From Monocercomonoides exilis PA203 (taxonomy: Eukaryota > Protista > Preaxostyla), in NCBI GenBank assembly GCA_001643675.2, contig LSRY02000023.1, positions 496,001 to 560,000 on the forward strand: DNA of 64,000 nucleotides, read 5' to 3'. Both the position numbers and the translations under genes were made by a program. Below the pieces are notes generated by a model, which was not told the origin of the DNA, ran no database searches, and saw nothing but the letters and a program-made list of their open reading frames with translations. Within the stretch, counting starts at the first letter, position 1, and the number at the start of each line of letters is the position of its first letter. Positions 14,914 to 28,629 of the stretch are shown one piece after another.

Positions 14914-15608
14914 TCAAGCACAACTCATTTCCATACCATCACTTCCATCTTCCCTCTCTTCCATTCCTCCTCCTCCTCGTCCTCCAGCCTCCAATCCTAA
15001 CACCGCCCCAAACCCGCTCTCAAACGGCGAAGGCGGTCTGTCTCCGCTCAGCGATCCCATCGCCTGCTCCTCTGCCCTCTGCTTCGCCTCCATCTCCTCC
15101 CTCACTTTCTCCCTCAGCTCACTCACCCCTCCCCTCCCCCTCTGCCGCTCTGAAATCAGCCATTTCTTCATCTCTGCCTCTTTCCCTTTCCGCTCCTCCC
15201 GCCGCTTCTCTGCCTCGGCTGCCACGGCGGCGGCTTTCTCGCTCTGTTCTGCAATCTCCTTCTCCTCTTCCTCACCTGCAACTGAAGAAAACACTTTTCT
15301 TTTCTCTTTCTCTTTTTTCAATTCCGCAAGCGCTCCGCTAAGTTCGGTTGATGCTGCTTTTTTCTCGATTTTCTCTTCTTTCTCTTCTTCTTCTTCTTTC
15401 TCTTCTTTCTCTTCTCCTTCCTGTTGTTGTTCTGATGGTTTCTCTTCCTCCACCAACGGAATTTCTTCTTTATCTTTTTCTCCTTCTTCTTTTTCTTCTT
15501 CCTTTTCTTCTTCCTCTTTCTCTTTTTCTTCCTTTTCTTCCTCATCTTCACTTATGCTCATGTCCTCTGGCAATTTCGGAATAGCAGGCGCTTCTTTCTT
15601 CCTCATCA

Positions 15609-15643
<35 letters not shown>

Positions 15644-18600
15644 TCAGCAGGAAGAGGAGGCAATGCTGGTGCATTCGCTTTCTCCTTCTTCTCTTCTCCT
15701 CCTTCCTCCTCTTCCTCTTCCTCTTCTTCCTCTTCATCAGAAGGCAACTGTGGAATCGCAGGCGCAACTGCAAGCTTCTTCTGTGCTACTCCTCCTTCTC
15801 CTTCTCCTTCTTCCTCGCTGCTGCTAATATCTTCCTCGTCTGGCATCGCAGGCAGCTGTGGTGGTACCTTCTTCTTCTTTCCTTTTGCTTCTTCTCCTTC
15901 TCCTTCGCTTTCCAACTCACTGTCACTTTCTCCTTCTGGAATCTGTGGAATTGGCGGAGGTACTGCTTGTGATGAAGAAGATGCCTTAGCTTTCTCTTCT
16001 TTTGCTTCTTCTTCTTTCTTCTTCCTCTCTACCTCTTCTTCTTTTTCTTTCTTCTTCCTCTCTTCTTCTTCTTCTTCTTTCCGCTTCCTCTCTTCTTCTT
16101 CCTCTTTCTCCTTCTTCATTCTCTCTTCTTCCTCAACCCTCTTCCTTTCTGCTTCTTCTTCGGCTTCTTTCTTTGCTTTCTCTTCTGCCTCTCTTCTTTC
16201 TTCTTCCTCCTTTCTCAATCTTTCTTCTTCTTCTATCCTTTTCCTCTCTTTCTCCTCCTCTTCTTTCTTCTTCTTTTCTTCCTCTTCTTCTCTCTCTCTT
16301 TCTTCTTTCTCTTCTTTCTCTCTTCTTTCCTTCTCTTCTTTAGCTTTTGCTTCTTCCTTCTCTTTCTCCTTCTCTTCTTCTTCTGCCTCGTCAATCAAGT
16401 TGTCAACATCAACATCTTCTTCTTCCTCTCCTCCTCTTTCTTCTTTTTCTTCCTCCTTTTTGCCTTCTTTTTCCTTCTCTGCCATCTGCTCCATCTTCTT
16501 CAGCGTCTCTGCTGCTCCTATCCACGACACCGCTGCCTTCGCAATGGCTGCAGCTTTCCTCTCCTCTTCTTCCTTCGCCTCTTTCTCTTCTTTCTCTTCT
16601 TTCTCTCTCCTCTTCTTCTCTGCAAGTTCTGCTTTATACGCATCTCTTGCCTGCCTCATCAGCACAATTGCCTCCACTCTCTCGTCAATCACACGGATAG
16701 CATTGCTTCTCCTCTCCTCTTCTTTCCTCTTCTTCTCCTCCTCTTCCCTTTCCCATCTCAAATACTCCCTTTCCTTCTCTTCTTCTTCCGCCAGCTTCTC
16801 CCTCTCTCTCTTCTCGTGCCTCAGCTGCGCCAGCTCTTCCTTCGCTGCCTTCATCTTCCCAATCTCCCCATACATCGTCAAAATAGTCGCCGCTGCCTCT
16901 CTCTTCTTCTGCTCCTCTGCTCTCTTCCGTCCCAGCTGCACCTGCTTAATCTTCTCCTCCTCATTCATCCGCTTCCTCAGCTCAGCCGACAGCACATCCT
17001 CATCCTCCATCTCCAGCCTCTCTCTCGCTTCTCTCTCTCTTTCCTCTCTTTCCTCCTTCAGCTTGCTCTCCATCTGCCCCAGCTCCTTTTTCATTTTCTC
17101 CTCTTCCTCTTCCTCGCTCTTCATCATCTGCTTCTCTCTTTGCCTCTCCTCCTCATTCAGCCTTCGCAGCCGCTCTTCGTTCTCCTTCCTCTTCCTCTCT
17201 GCTTCTGCCTCCAGCTTCGCCTTCTCCATTCTCACCAGCCGCAGCTGCACCGCTTCCTGCGCCTTCGCATCCTCCACCCTCATCCTCTTCACCTCTGCCT
17301 GCCTCTTCCTTTCTTTCTCTTCTTTCTCTCTCTTCGCCTTCCTCAGCTCCTCCAGCTCCTTCTTGGCTGCCTTCACACTCACTCTGTCTCTGTACCACCT
17401 CATCACAAACACCAGCGCCTGCCTCTTGTTCGCTAGCAGAACCCTCATCCTCTCCTCATCTCTTCTCCCTTCTCTCTCTTCCTCGCCCATCCGCCGGACA
17501 AACACACGCACCCACATCTTCGTCAGCACTTCAGCAGCTTCCGCTCTTCTTTCTTCTTCTTCCCTCTGCCTCTTCTCTTCCCGCAGCCGCTGCAGCTCCT
17601 TCTGCGCCCGCCGTTTCTTCGCCCACTCCGCCAGGCGCATTTTGATGAACACGATCGCCTCTGCCCTCTTCCTCGTCGCCTCTCTTTTCTTCTTCGCCGC
17701 CCGCAGCTGCTCCAGCTCCGCCTTCGCTTTCTCCTTCTTCCTCTGCTCAATCCACCACCATTCCAGATAGCTCACTGCCTGTTTCCTCCTCTCTCCCTCT
17801 TCACGTTCCCGCTTCTCCTTCAGCATTCTTTTGTATTCATTTCGCGCTTTCCTTCCTTCTGAGTGCAGCTTATACCACTCGCCTATCACATTCACTGCGT
17901 TTGTCTTCCTCCACTTGTCTTCCCTCTGCTTCTGCTCACTCTCTTCTCGGAACATTTCTTCTGTCTCTTCTTCTTCTCTCTGCCTCCGCTCCTCTTCCTC
18001 TCTCAGCTGCCTTTCTCTCTTCAGCTCCGCCTTCATTCTCTTCGCCTCTGCCACTGATTTCCTCTCTTTGAACCAATGAATTATGAACTTGATAACCTCT
18101 CCTCTTCTCCTCTCTTCCTCTCTCTCCCGCTGCCTCTGCTTTTCTGCCTCTCTCTCTCTTTGCCCTGCCTCTTCGATCTCCATCAGCTCTATTTCTTCTT
18201 GCCTCCGCTGCTCCATATCCGTCTGCTCCAAAAGCTCTCTATACCTCCTCTTCTCTTCCTCTTCCTCTTCTCTTCTCTTCTTCTCTTCTTCTTCTCTTCT
18301 CTGTATTTCTTCCTTCGCCGCATGCTCTTTCTCCTCCAGCGCCCTCTTTCTCTTCTCCTCCATCGTCTTCTTCTTCTCCTTCTCTGCTTCCTCTTCCTTC
18401 CGCTTCTTCTCCTCAAACAGCTGCTCCCGCTCTTTCCTTGCCTCGCTCACCAGCTTCTGCCCTTTCCACCAGTTGAGAATGGTCAGCACTGCAATCTGCC
18501 TCGTCTGCTCTTCTTTCCTCTTCTCCCTCCTCTCCTTCTCCCTCCTCTTCCTCTCCCTCTGGCGCAGCTTCCTGTCTATTTTCTCCCTCTCGATCTCTTC

Positions 18601-19028
18601 CTCAATAAACTTGTTCTCTGCCTCTTCCTCCTGCCGCATCTGCCACGCAACCGCCTCCTCCCACTTCTTCTGCTCCTTCTCCTTCCACCGCTTCTCCTCC
18701 TCCTCCATCTTCCTCGCCTCCCTCGCAATCCGCTCTGCCTCCATCCGCTTCACCCGCTTCGCCGCCTGCACTTCCTTCCGCCTTCTCCGCTCGGCTCTGC
18801 CGGACCGCAGCCCCGCCAGCTCAGCCAGCAGCCTCTGCTCTCTCTCTGCTGCCCTCCGCTTCTCCCGCAGACGGCCTTTTTCGAGCTTCAGTGTCTCTCT
18901 GCTCTCCTGTGTGGCCAGACGCTGCCGCTGCTGCTGTGCTCGTGCACGTGCGCGCGCTTTGCGCATGCGCTTGGCTTCTTGGCTCTGCTGAGCACTCGTC
19001 GCGGCGAGAAGGGCAAGATCGTTCTCGG
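14914..19028 (-). CDS. Terminal exon of a >1350-aa E/K/R-rich helical protein with IQ-like repeats and Pro/acidic repeats
   Basis: Uninterrupted ORF 14914-18966; pyrimidine-rich acceptor (TTTTAG) just upstream at ~19030; upstream exon not identified. Confidence 0.8.
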
Positions 19029-19209
19029 CTAAAAAAGAAAAGAAAAGAAAAAATTAATTAATTAATTAATTAATATTTTTATGATAAATTGGAGAATTTT
19101 TCAAAAAATTGTGATTCATTTGGAATTGATTGTATATTTGAAAGGAGAATAAAATGAAGAAAGGAAGAATGAAAGAAATGTTCTCATGACTGATCCATAA
19201 TAAGAAGTT

Positions 19210-20153
19210 TCATACTCAGCATAAATTCTTTCCCAAGGAAATGGCAAAGGACTTTTTCTATGAACTATTTAAAAAAAAATAATATATTTTCAATTTGAAA
19301 ATTTTTCATTTGAAAAAATGCAACATACCTTTGCAACTAGTTCAGGAGATGCACTTATATCAGGCATCATCGAAAATCGTATGAGTGCAGGAGCGAGTAA
19401 AAAGAAGTTTGCTTAAATATGAATAAAAAAAGCATAAAAATCAGATATTTCATGAGAAGTATTTTTTAATTGAAATTAGTCTCAGAATTCGAATAAAGTT
19501 ATTGCAGACTTAACGAAAATAAAGCAAGCTTTTTAAATCTTGCTATTAATAATAAAATTACTGTTCCAATTGCAATTTCAACTCCTCGAAGAATCATTTT
19601 GTAGCGTCTTGTAGGAGGAAGTTTTTCGCTTTTGTTTCCTCCAAAAAATACCGAAGAAGGAAACAAAGACTGAAACAATGACTTAAATCCCTCTATTCCT
19701 TCATCAATGCTAAAAAAATCAGAAAAAGTTATCAAAAATTTTTTTGCATTAAAAACATTTAAGTCAAACTCTTCCTCAGAAGAACTAACAAATGGCATTG
19801 TCAATAAAACTGGAATCGCAAGAATATACGTCCATAGCAATTTAAATGGCAAAATCCAAACAGAAGAAGAGTTTGTTGAATTGTATCTAAAATTTCATTG
19901 TATTCGTCAATAAATTTAAAAGAAATCAAATGCTGTGAAGAATCTTTTCATTAGCATACATAAAAAATAGATTGATAGATAGAATGAGAACAAGAAAAGA
20001 TATTGGATAATTCAGAGTTAATGTCTGCCACGCATATCCTGCGAAAAATCGAAATGATAATTTTGTGCTTCGATACGGAGTCTGCACTTGATCTCTTGTT
20101 TGCGCATTCACAATTTTATGTGCAAGAGAAGGTTCAATGTAGCGAAATGGCAT
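19210..20153 (-). CDS. Possible multi-exon membrane protein (fragmentary)
   Basis: Hydrophobic ORFs 19499-19852 and 19926-20153 (LLWTYILAIPVLL, IAIGTVILLLIA); apparent donor GTATGT at ~19328. Confidence 0.3.
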
Positions 20154-20765
20154 TTTCGCTCTTATTGCTGATCCTAAAATATAATTTATTTATGATTATC
20201 AAAAAATGAAGAATTTAATTCTATATAATAAATATGTTATTATCAATGTACAGTCGAAAGAAATTCTTAAAATAAATTATGAAAATTATCCTGTGATATT
20301 GAACATTTTTAAAATAATTTTCTAAATATGGGGCGAAATTTTTTAATTCATAAAAAAAAATCATGTTTTGTTCCAAACTTATTCTGCACACATATCCCAA
20401 TGTATATATCATTATTATGCAAAAAAATATTTGAAATGGAATCCATAATTATAATTTATTAAAATATTTGAAAACAAGCGTGATATTTAAAGAAGTAACA
20501 GAAAAAGACATGTGAAAGGTGTGATAATGATTTTTACCTTTGTATTTTAATGCGTTGAATGTGAATAGAAGTTTCATAGTATTGTCAATGCTACGGGCGC
20601 TGATTTCAAATGAACGGTAAATATTAACGCATAATTATTGTATGTGCTTTTGGATAAATTATACATACAAACGGAAAACTCTACGAGGACATTAAAACAA
20701 AAAGATTTACGAATACAAAAAATTTTCAGGAAGGATTTTTCAGAAGAAGATATATAATTATCTGT

Positions 20766-23700
20766 TTGGAAATAATCACCTTTATTCCTTCGTCTTATTG
20801 TTTCTCTTCATCATCTTTAACATTTTCATCATCAAAGCCAACACATCACCCAATTCATTCCTCCGCCCTCTCCAACTACAACACTTTAGCCACTATCATC
20901 GTCTGCGACTTCGCCTTTGTTTCTTCTCTTCTGGCACACTTCTGCGCCCCTGTCACTTCTCCTATTTCTTCCTGCCTTCCATCGCTCTCTGAGATATCTG
21001 CCTTTGCTGAGGGCTCTTGTTCTTCACATCCTTGTTCAGAACTTCCTGCAAATGAATTTGTGGAGTATGTCTCGCTCCATTTAACAGATGAGAAAAATGA
21101 TACGATAATAATACTGCTGCTGATTACACTTGATGTTTCATTGTGCTGAATGGACTTGTGCTGTTTGCAGTGGGGAAGATGGCATTTTGGAAGAAGAAAG
21201 AGGAGGAGAAGGAGAAGGAGAAGATGGAGGAAGAGAATTTGAAATATCATCCTGAAGAAGAATGGAAGAACGATGGGGTAAAGACTCAACTGAAGGAAAA
21301 ATAGAGGAAGGATCAGGAAGAGGGAGAGAAGAAGAAGAAGAAAAAGAAGAAGAAGAAGAAGATGATGATGATTGCTGAGCCAAATCAGACGGATGCTTCA
21401 CAATTGGGAAGAATGAGTCAGCAATAATTCTCATTGCTGCTATTTCGTTTGAGGCTTTCAACTTGCCATCGCTCCAAAATAGCGCATCAAGCACAGTAAC
21501 AGCAACCTGAGGAAACGAAGACACAGAAATGCTGATGAAAGCGAGGACGAGCGACTGCGTTGGCACATTCGGCAGGTAGTCGAAGAAGAAGATGAGGTTG
21601 TGCAAAAGCGGACAGAGAAGATTAGCTTCGTGCAATGCGCGAATGAAAAGAGGATAAGCTGAGCTGCATTCATAAAACAGAAGAAGCGTCGAATCGATGT
21701 TGCATTTTTGCCTTGCAAAATACTCTTTTCTGTTTGGGAATTCTTCTGTGTGTGTTGATTTTACACAATGCTTGAAAGCGCTGAGAGGAATGGAATAAGA
21801 AGAGGAGGAAGAAGAGGAGGAAGAAGAGGAGGAAGAAGAAGAGGAGGAGAAATAAGAAGAATAAGAAGATGAAAGAGTCGAATAAAGACTTCTTTTTTAC
21901 TTGGTAGATAAATAGACAGCTATTTTCTTAGCAAACACTGGAGAAGAGTGGGACAACACACTCAATCCATCCATCAGGCCTTTCACTGCATCCAAAGAAG
22001 AAGAAGAAGAAGAAGAAGAATTGTTTTTTCAAGCAACCGAACAAGGCTTGTTTCCAATGCATTGCAGAAACTATCAGAAACAAGAGGATTTGAAGAAGAA
22101 GAAGAGGAAGATGAAGAAGAAGATGCAGACGAAGAGGATGGCGCACTAGAAAGAGCCAAAGAAGTGTCTGGCAAATTAGTCTGGTTGATTGCAATGCAGT
22201 TGACAATCCAAACGAGCAAATGAGCCATTCCTTCAAAGACGACGCTGTTCGCATTCTGTTTTGCCTCAAATTTTGCACTTTCATCCACAACACACCCAGT
22301 AAACACCTTCAAAAACGCTTCCGCATAAAACTCGTTCAGAATCACGTTCTGCAGATTGTCTGAGGCGAGCGAGGCAAACAAATCAGAAGTGGCAGAGTTG
22401 GATGGCGGAGGAAGGACTGTGGCAAGAGATATGCACGGCACCAGGTCATGAGGGAACTGGAGAACAGACACGTGTTCTGAGTGGAATGTTGGATATGCAG
22501 CTGTTGATGATAATGATGAGGAGGAAGAAGAGGAAGAAGAGGAGGAGGAGGAGGAAGAAGAGGAAGAAGAAGAAGAAGAGGGGAAGCCGTCGATGCTGAG
22601 AAGCTCACTCTGCCAGATGGGACTGGCTCCACCACACTGGGCAGACATATTGAATGAGAAGGATCTGATGTACTCGATCTCGATTGACTGCTGAGAGGAA
22701 TGTGATTGTGCAGATGAAGCAGAAGCAGATGATGATGATGATGAATCAGCTGTCACAGCTGAATTCGGTGTCAACAATGCAAAGTTCGTGAAAGTGATGA
22801 GCGGTGCACCCATCTCCAGCCCTTGGTCAGACGGATCACTCGACACAATCAGCAGAGGCGAGTGGGAAAACCGTGCATTGATAAACAAGACAGCCTCAGG
22901 AGATATTCGCGTGCCTGTGAACTCTGCAAACTTCGGATCCATCACCCGCTCCTCCCTCGTCTCCAGAAGAGCCAGCCGGAACACCCTCGCCACGGCATCG
23001 CGCACAAGAGCGTGTGGTGAGTGCATCAGCAGCTGCAGTAAAGGTTCAGTGATGTCTCTGTCGCAGCAGATGGCTTCGGCTAATTCGTCGCTTTTGCGCA
23101 CGTGGTGCGACAGGGCAAAGAGGAAGGCGACACAAGAAGAATAAACATGTGATGATGATGATGATGATGATGAAGCAGATGAAGCAGATGAAGGATTCTG
23201 AGATAAACTACTTGAGATATAACTCAGAAAATGATCAAGTGATATCAGACAGCACGGTAGAAGTCTGCTTTTGACATTTTGTTCACGTGAAGAAGAAGAA
23301 GATGATGATGATGAAGATGATGATGAAGAAGATGCTAATGTAACTGTGCATGAAACAACAGATAAATACGCCTCCATCCACTTTTCATTCATCTCTCTGT
23401 TTTGTGTGCACAGCAACTCTTCTGACTTGAGAAGCAGCCAGTTAATCCCAATCTATGTCAAATGCTTCTCCAAAAGCAAAAGATATGACTTATGCTCAGC
23501 AACATCTCTACGAATGGAATAAAAACAGGTCAAAGCGAGAGAACAAAGAGAAGAAACGTGGCTGGGTTCTTTTGTTGAAGAAAAAAGAACATCACAAAAT
23601 GACTGCGAAATGATCGAATAAAATGCATCTTCTGGTAAAATTGGAATAGAAGGAAGCGAAATTGTGGAAAAGGATGAATCCGAAGCAAAAAGAGGAGTCG

Positions 23701-26700
23701 GTTTCGTTCCTTTCAAAATCATTAGAATAGAACGAGATGCAGACGCAGACGGAGAAGGGGAATTATACAGACAAGAAATGAGAGAGATCAGCAACGCCAT
23801 TGCAGCTTCACGCTGAACCGGAGGCAGCTCATCTTGACAAGCACTGTTACCATCCAGAGGAGCAAGAGAATACAGCGACTTCACTGCATATGTCCACTTT
23901 CCTGACTGCTTTGACAGAGAAGGGGAAAGAAAGTCCTGGCAGCGCTGAGGGTAATTGGCAAGGAGGAGCAGCCAAGAGCAAACAGGAGACAGAAAGCAAG
24001 CATCTCGCATGAAGGCGAACAGAGGGACGAATTGGATGGCTTTCTTCTGCTTGGCAGGCAGAAGATCGAGCGGCGATGTGAAGAAGTAGAAGAGCTGCTG
24101 GAGCAGAATGGAGAGGTGCTGCTGTGACAGAGAAGCATCTGTTTTGGACAAATACGCTGAGACTGACTTCAGAACAGCCGAAAGTGCGCAGAGGAGCACG
24201 CGGAAAAAACACAGGCGCAGCTGAGTGTCTTCGCAGCGGAAGAGAAAGGCCTTCGCAATCGACGGCGCGCCTGCAATATCTTCAGTGCACAGCTTGTTCA
24301 GCTCCACAGCAGTCATTGCATTCACTGCGGTGGATGCAGTTGAACTCTTCTGGTTTTGCTTCCGGGAAAGGCAAGCATCCCACTCTTTTGCTTCTCCGCT
24401 GAGCAACTCAGTTGTGATGTGCTTGATCAGTTTGAACGACAAGTCTGGTGAGCGGACAAGAATCTGCTCCAACTCCACACTCCACTGCACAAATAGTGCA
24501 TGATGCACTGAATGGGAGAAGGTGTGAAGCAAAAAACACACAGAGAAAAACATAAAGTCGCGAGAAAAGGTCGGATTGGCCTTTGGCACATTCAGAACAC
24601 GCATAGCCAGAGAAGCTGAGGCAGATGAGGATAAAGATGATGAGCTTTTGCCAGCAAGTTTCGTTTTAATCAAAGATGAGGTAGGTGTTGCAGATGAAGT
24701 TCCAGTTGAAGATGATCTGGGATTAGTGACTGTTGTTGCTGCTTCCTCTTCTTCAGCACATTGTTCGCATCCAAACTGCTCAAACAGCCTTCTCACAAAC
24801 GCAAAGAATGTGTTTGAGAAGATCTGTCTGTCTCTCATGATGCTCAACTGTCTCACCAACACACTTTCATCCACACTGCTCATCCAATCTGAAGACGATT
24901 TCATTAGCGAATGCTCTGTCAAGGTAGAATCTGCGAACACATCATCATTTAAAGGAGAACGCATCTTCAGCGGAGACGTGTGGGGAGGTGGAAAATGCAT
25001 TGCGAAAAGAGGAAAAGATCCGATTGCTTGCGATACGGTAAGAGGCAGATGGCTCTCTCTTGTTATTTCTTTCAGCTTTGCCTGTGGAATCTGGCTGAGC
25101 AGCAGGTGCTCGAGGCTCCAGTCGTCTGCAGGCTTTTTCCGCTCGTAGATGAGGATGCATGCCGAGTACGGCTTGACCGTGTCTGCCTCGCTCAGCAGGC
25201 CCAGGCGCTTATACTTGAGGATTTCAGGATCAATCAGCGCAGTGTCGTCCAGGAAGCTCCCGCCAAAGGCCTCGGCTTTTAGTGTCTCGATGGCAGGAGA
25301 AGGGAGTAGCCTAACTCTGTCGTCGTTGAACTCGTACCACTGGTGCGGTGCATCTCTTTCTCGCACAAATGAGATGTAGGGTCCAGCATTGGCTTTCCCC
25401 AAGTGGTTGATGATGCCCTGCAGACGGTATTTGCAGTTGCTCTCCGGACGCAGCTTGTCTTTGCTTTCGTCGTTATGCGGAACCTGCAGATTCTTCAGAT
25501 TCTCTTTGCGTCCAATCTTTTCCAACATGATTGCTGTGTCAGCTTTGGAAAACCGCTTCATACTGCTTAGTTTTTCTTCCCTCACCTGCATCGCCTCCCA
25601 CGTCAATGGCTCGAGATCCAAGTCCTCCTCAATGGGGAACTCAAACTTGTCATTGATCTTCACTCTGTTCCCCGTTAGCGGCTGGTAGTCAAAACGCCTG
25701 AGGAGAATAATGAGTGTGTTAGGCAGGTCTCTCAGAACTGTCTGGTTGATCGCATCAACCGCGTGAAACTTGCCACACACTTTGCATTCGTAATCCTCAA
25801 TCTTCGACCCAACCACCATCGACGCCAACGATTCCTCCAGACTTTTTTTCCCTTTCACTTCCACCTCGAGCGCATTAAAGCCATCGGAATGCCATCGCTC
25901 GTGCCCGCATCTGCAGACATGCAGGTTCATCGTGTAACCCTTCAGAAAGTGCCGGACAAAGTTCGGAGCTGCCGCTGCGTCCAAATGCATTTCCACCTTG
26001 TCCACAAGATACATGAAGAACTCGTGGATGTCACAATGCACGCCATTCACCACCTGCTTCCTGTCCTGGTCAAGATACACCTCCAGAAACTGCTCAGCTT
26101 CAATGAACTCCTTCCTGTTCGGGTTGTCCTGCTGCTCCCAGAAGAGATAGCGTACAGCTCTCCACACAGCGCTGTTCTGCACTTTCTCCTCCTCTGTCAC
26201 GCTGCGCAGCCTCATCTCTGCCATCTTCGTCTCCGGCTCGTCTGGTGGGTGTGTGCTTGTTTCTTTGCTCTTCTGCCACTCACTCAGCACATCTGCTTGT
26301 GATTGTTTTGCCAGCTTCTCCAGGACGCTTCCTTGAAACTGCTCGCCTTCCCGCAGAAGAAGCGTGGAGCACAGCTGCGTGTGCATAAACAGCTGCACAA
26401 ACAGAGAGTTCATATAGCAAAGTGTGCCTGGATTCACAATGCCTCTGTATTTAACCACTTCGCTTTTCTCAACCTTCTCCTCCTTCTTGTGCGATTTTGC
26501 AATCTGCTCGGCGGGTGTGAAGTGGAAAGACGGGTATGAGTTCTTGTCGTTCATCGTCTGCGTCTCATTCAAAAGATGCAGCAGACGCTCTGTGTTTGCC
26601 TCATTCCCGCTGCACAGCGCAGCAATCAGACTCAAAATGGCCTTCCTGCTCTCTTCGTCTGCCACAAAATGGCTCTGAATGAGTTCCACTTCTGAGTTGC

Positions 26701-27200
26701 TATGTGAATGCGACGAGGTCAGCTTCCTCTGCGAATCGCGCCGTGCAATGTTTGAGGGCAAATATGAAGAAGAAGAAGCAGAAGCAGAGAAACTGCGCAG
26801 CATCTCTTTCCCAGCCATTCCTGGTGGTGAAGCACCCGTGGAAGCAGCAACAGCATTGAATCCAGCAACCAGCTTGTCCATCCACAGATAATCAATGAGC
26901 ATCATCCCAAAGGACTTCTCGGGCAGCTTCAAGCCAACTTCTGTTTTGATCTATCTTTCCAGTTTTCTCAGGTTATTTTCTATTGTCGGATTGGATGCGC
27001 AATGAAGCTGAGAAAGCTCGTTCAGAATGACTCTCAGCGCAACTGAGACAGGCAGAAGAGACAGCTGGCGCTTCTTTGTGAGATTGTTCGGAGAAGACAA
27101 TGAAGAGGAAGAGGAAGGGGTAGAGGAAGAAGAAGGTGATGCTCCTGACAATTCATTGATGTACTTATCATCATCATCATCTTCTTCTTCTTCTTCTTCT
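20766..27200 (-). pseudogene. Large ubiquitin-specific protease (peptidase C19, USP9/24/34-like), disrupted
   Basis: Cys box GIVNPGTLCYMNS, HCDIHEFF, LRRFDY..KINDKFEFP, His box IINHLGKANAGPY, WYEFNDDRV, SACILIYER. ORFs 26951-27151, 23453-26932 and 21983-23416 share one frame and are separated by single TAG codons; frameshift near 22025. Confidence 0.8.
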
Positions 27201-28629
27201 TCTTCTTCTCAATCTTCTTCAGATGGAAAGAAAGGAGAAGAAGTTAATCTTCCTTCAAATGATATCGAATTTGATGACTTCGATGATTTTGAAGCTGCTC
27301 ATTCTATTGCGTCATCTTCTTCCTCCTCTTCCTCTTCCTCCTACTCCTCTTCCTCTTCCTCTTCCTCTTCTTCTGATTCCTTCTTTGCTTCAAATCCTTC
27401 TCTTCCTTTAGCTTCTTCCCCTGAATCACAATCAGCACATCAACCTCTTTCATTTCCTTCTCCATTTGCTTTCCCTTCTTCCGCTTCTTCTTCTTCTTCC
27501 TCCTCCTCCTCCTCCTCCTCCTCCTCTTCTTCTTCTTCTTCTTCTTCTTCTTCTTCCTCATCTTCTTCCTTGACTTCTGCGCAAACTTCCTCCACCTTCC
27601 ATGATGTCCGATCCCTCAGTAGTTTACTCAAAATTGAGGTGAATTAAATAACGTGTCCAATTGCTTATATATGATGATATTCGAACATTATCGAAAGAAA
27701 GGAAGAAAATAAAAAGGAAATACAAATGATTTACAAATCAAAAGTGTGTTTTTTTTTTCATTGTATTTATTTTGTGATTAACATTAATTATTTTGTTTTC
27801 CATAATTTTTTCCTATCAATAGTTTGATGATTGGAAACTTTTTTGACTTGTTTCGTGCAAGCAAAACTCGCAAAGCTGATAAGGTTTTTGAAGCTTTGGA
27901 GGCTGCTGCGCCGTCTGATCCCGTGGGATGTTTACTTTATTTTATTTTTCGATACAAAAAAGGAAAGCCTTTCCAAGAGGCAATCCAAACCCGTTTTGAA
28001 GGTTTGCTTTTATATTTTTATTATCATTAAAACATTAAGCAAATAAATGTTATTTTTTATGTTATGATTATTATTATTATTATTCGTTAAAAGAGAAAAC
28101 TACAAAATTTTTATCAAATATCGGTGAAGTGCATAAAAGAAGCCCCTTGAACCTTCGGGTTCGGCTTCTCAGTTGTGCTTCTTCCTTGTTTTCAATTCAA
28201 GAATTGAATCAAGAAGGCTGGGGCATTTCTCCCGGAGAATATTACTATTCACGGGAGAAAAACAAAGCCCCAGCACCTACAGCTTTATCAAGCAGTGATA
28301 AAGTTGTTCTTTCAATTAGAAGTTTTTTTTTATTTTTATTTATAATATTATTTTGGCAAGTTACAAGTATATGGACCATCGATAAAAAATATTTTATATA
28401 TTTATAACGAAACAAAATGGAATATTAATTAATTTAAAATTAGTCATTTTTGTCGAAAAAGTGTTTTTTCAACTTTCCATTTTTCTTTTGATCTGTCCCA
28501 TAACTTTTTCTTGTTTTATACAGGTTTGAAAAATTGGTTTATTCGTTATTTGTGAGGATTTTGTCAAAAACCATTTGATTTTAGTTATATGCCAATTTTT
28601 CGTGATTCGAAAAAAGATATTTCTACGCT

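Noticed and set aside
15554-17770. 738-aa Ser/Phe-rich plus-strand ORF and similar shadow ORFs
   Set aside because: Antisense shadows of GAA/GAG/AAG-rich coding on the minus strand.
21983-27151. Alternative genetic code (TAA/TAG = Gln, as in some oxymonads)
   Set aside because: The 1,895-aa and 1,350-aa ORFs use only CAA/CAG for many Gln; in-frame stops occur only in copies that are also frameshifted or mutated, and some replace Glu or Ser codons.
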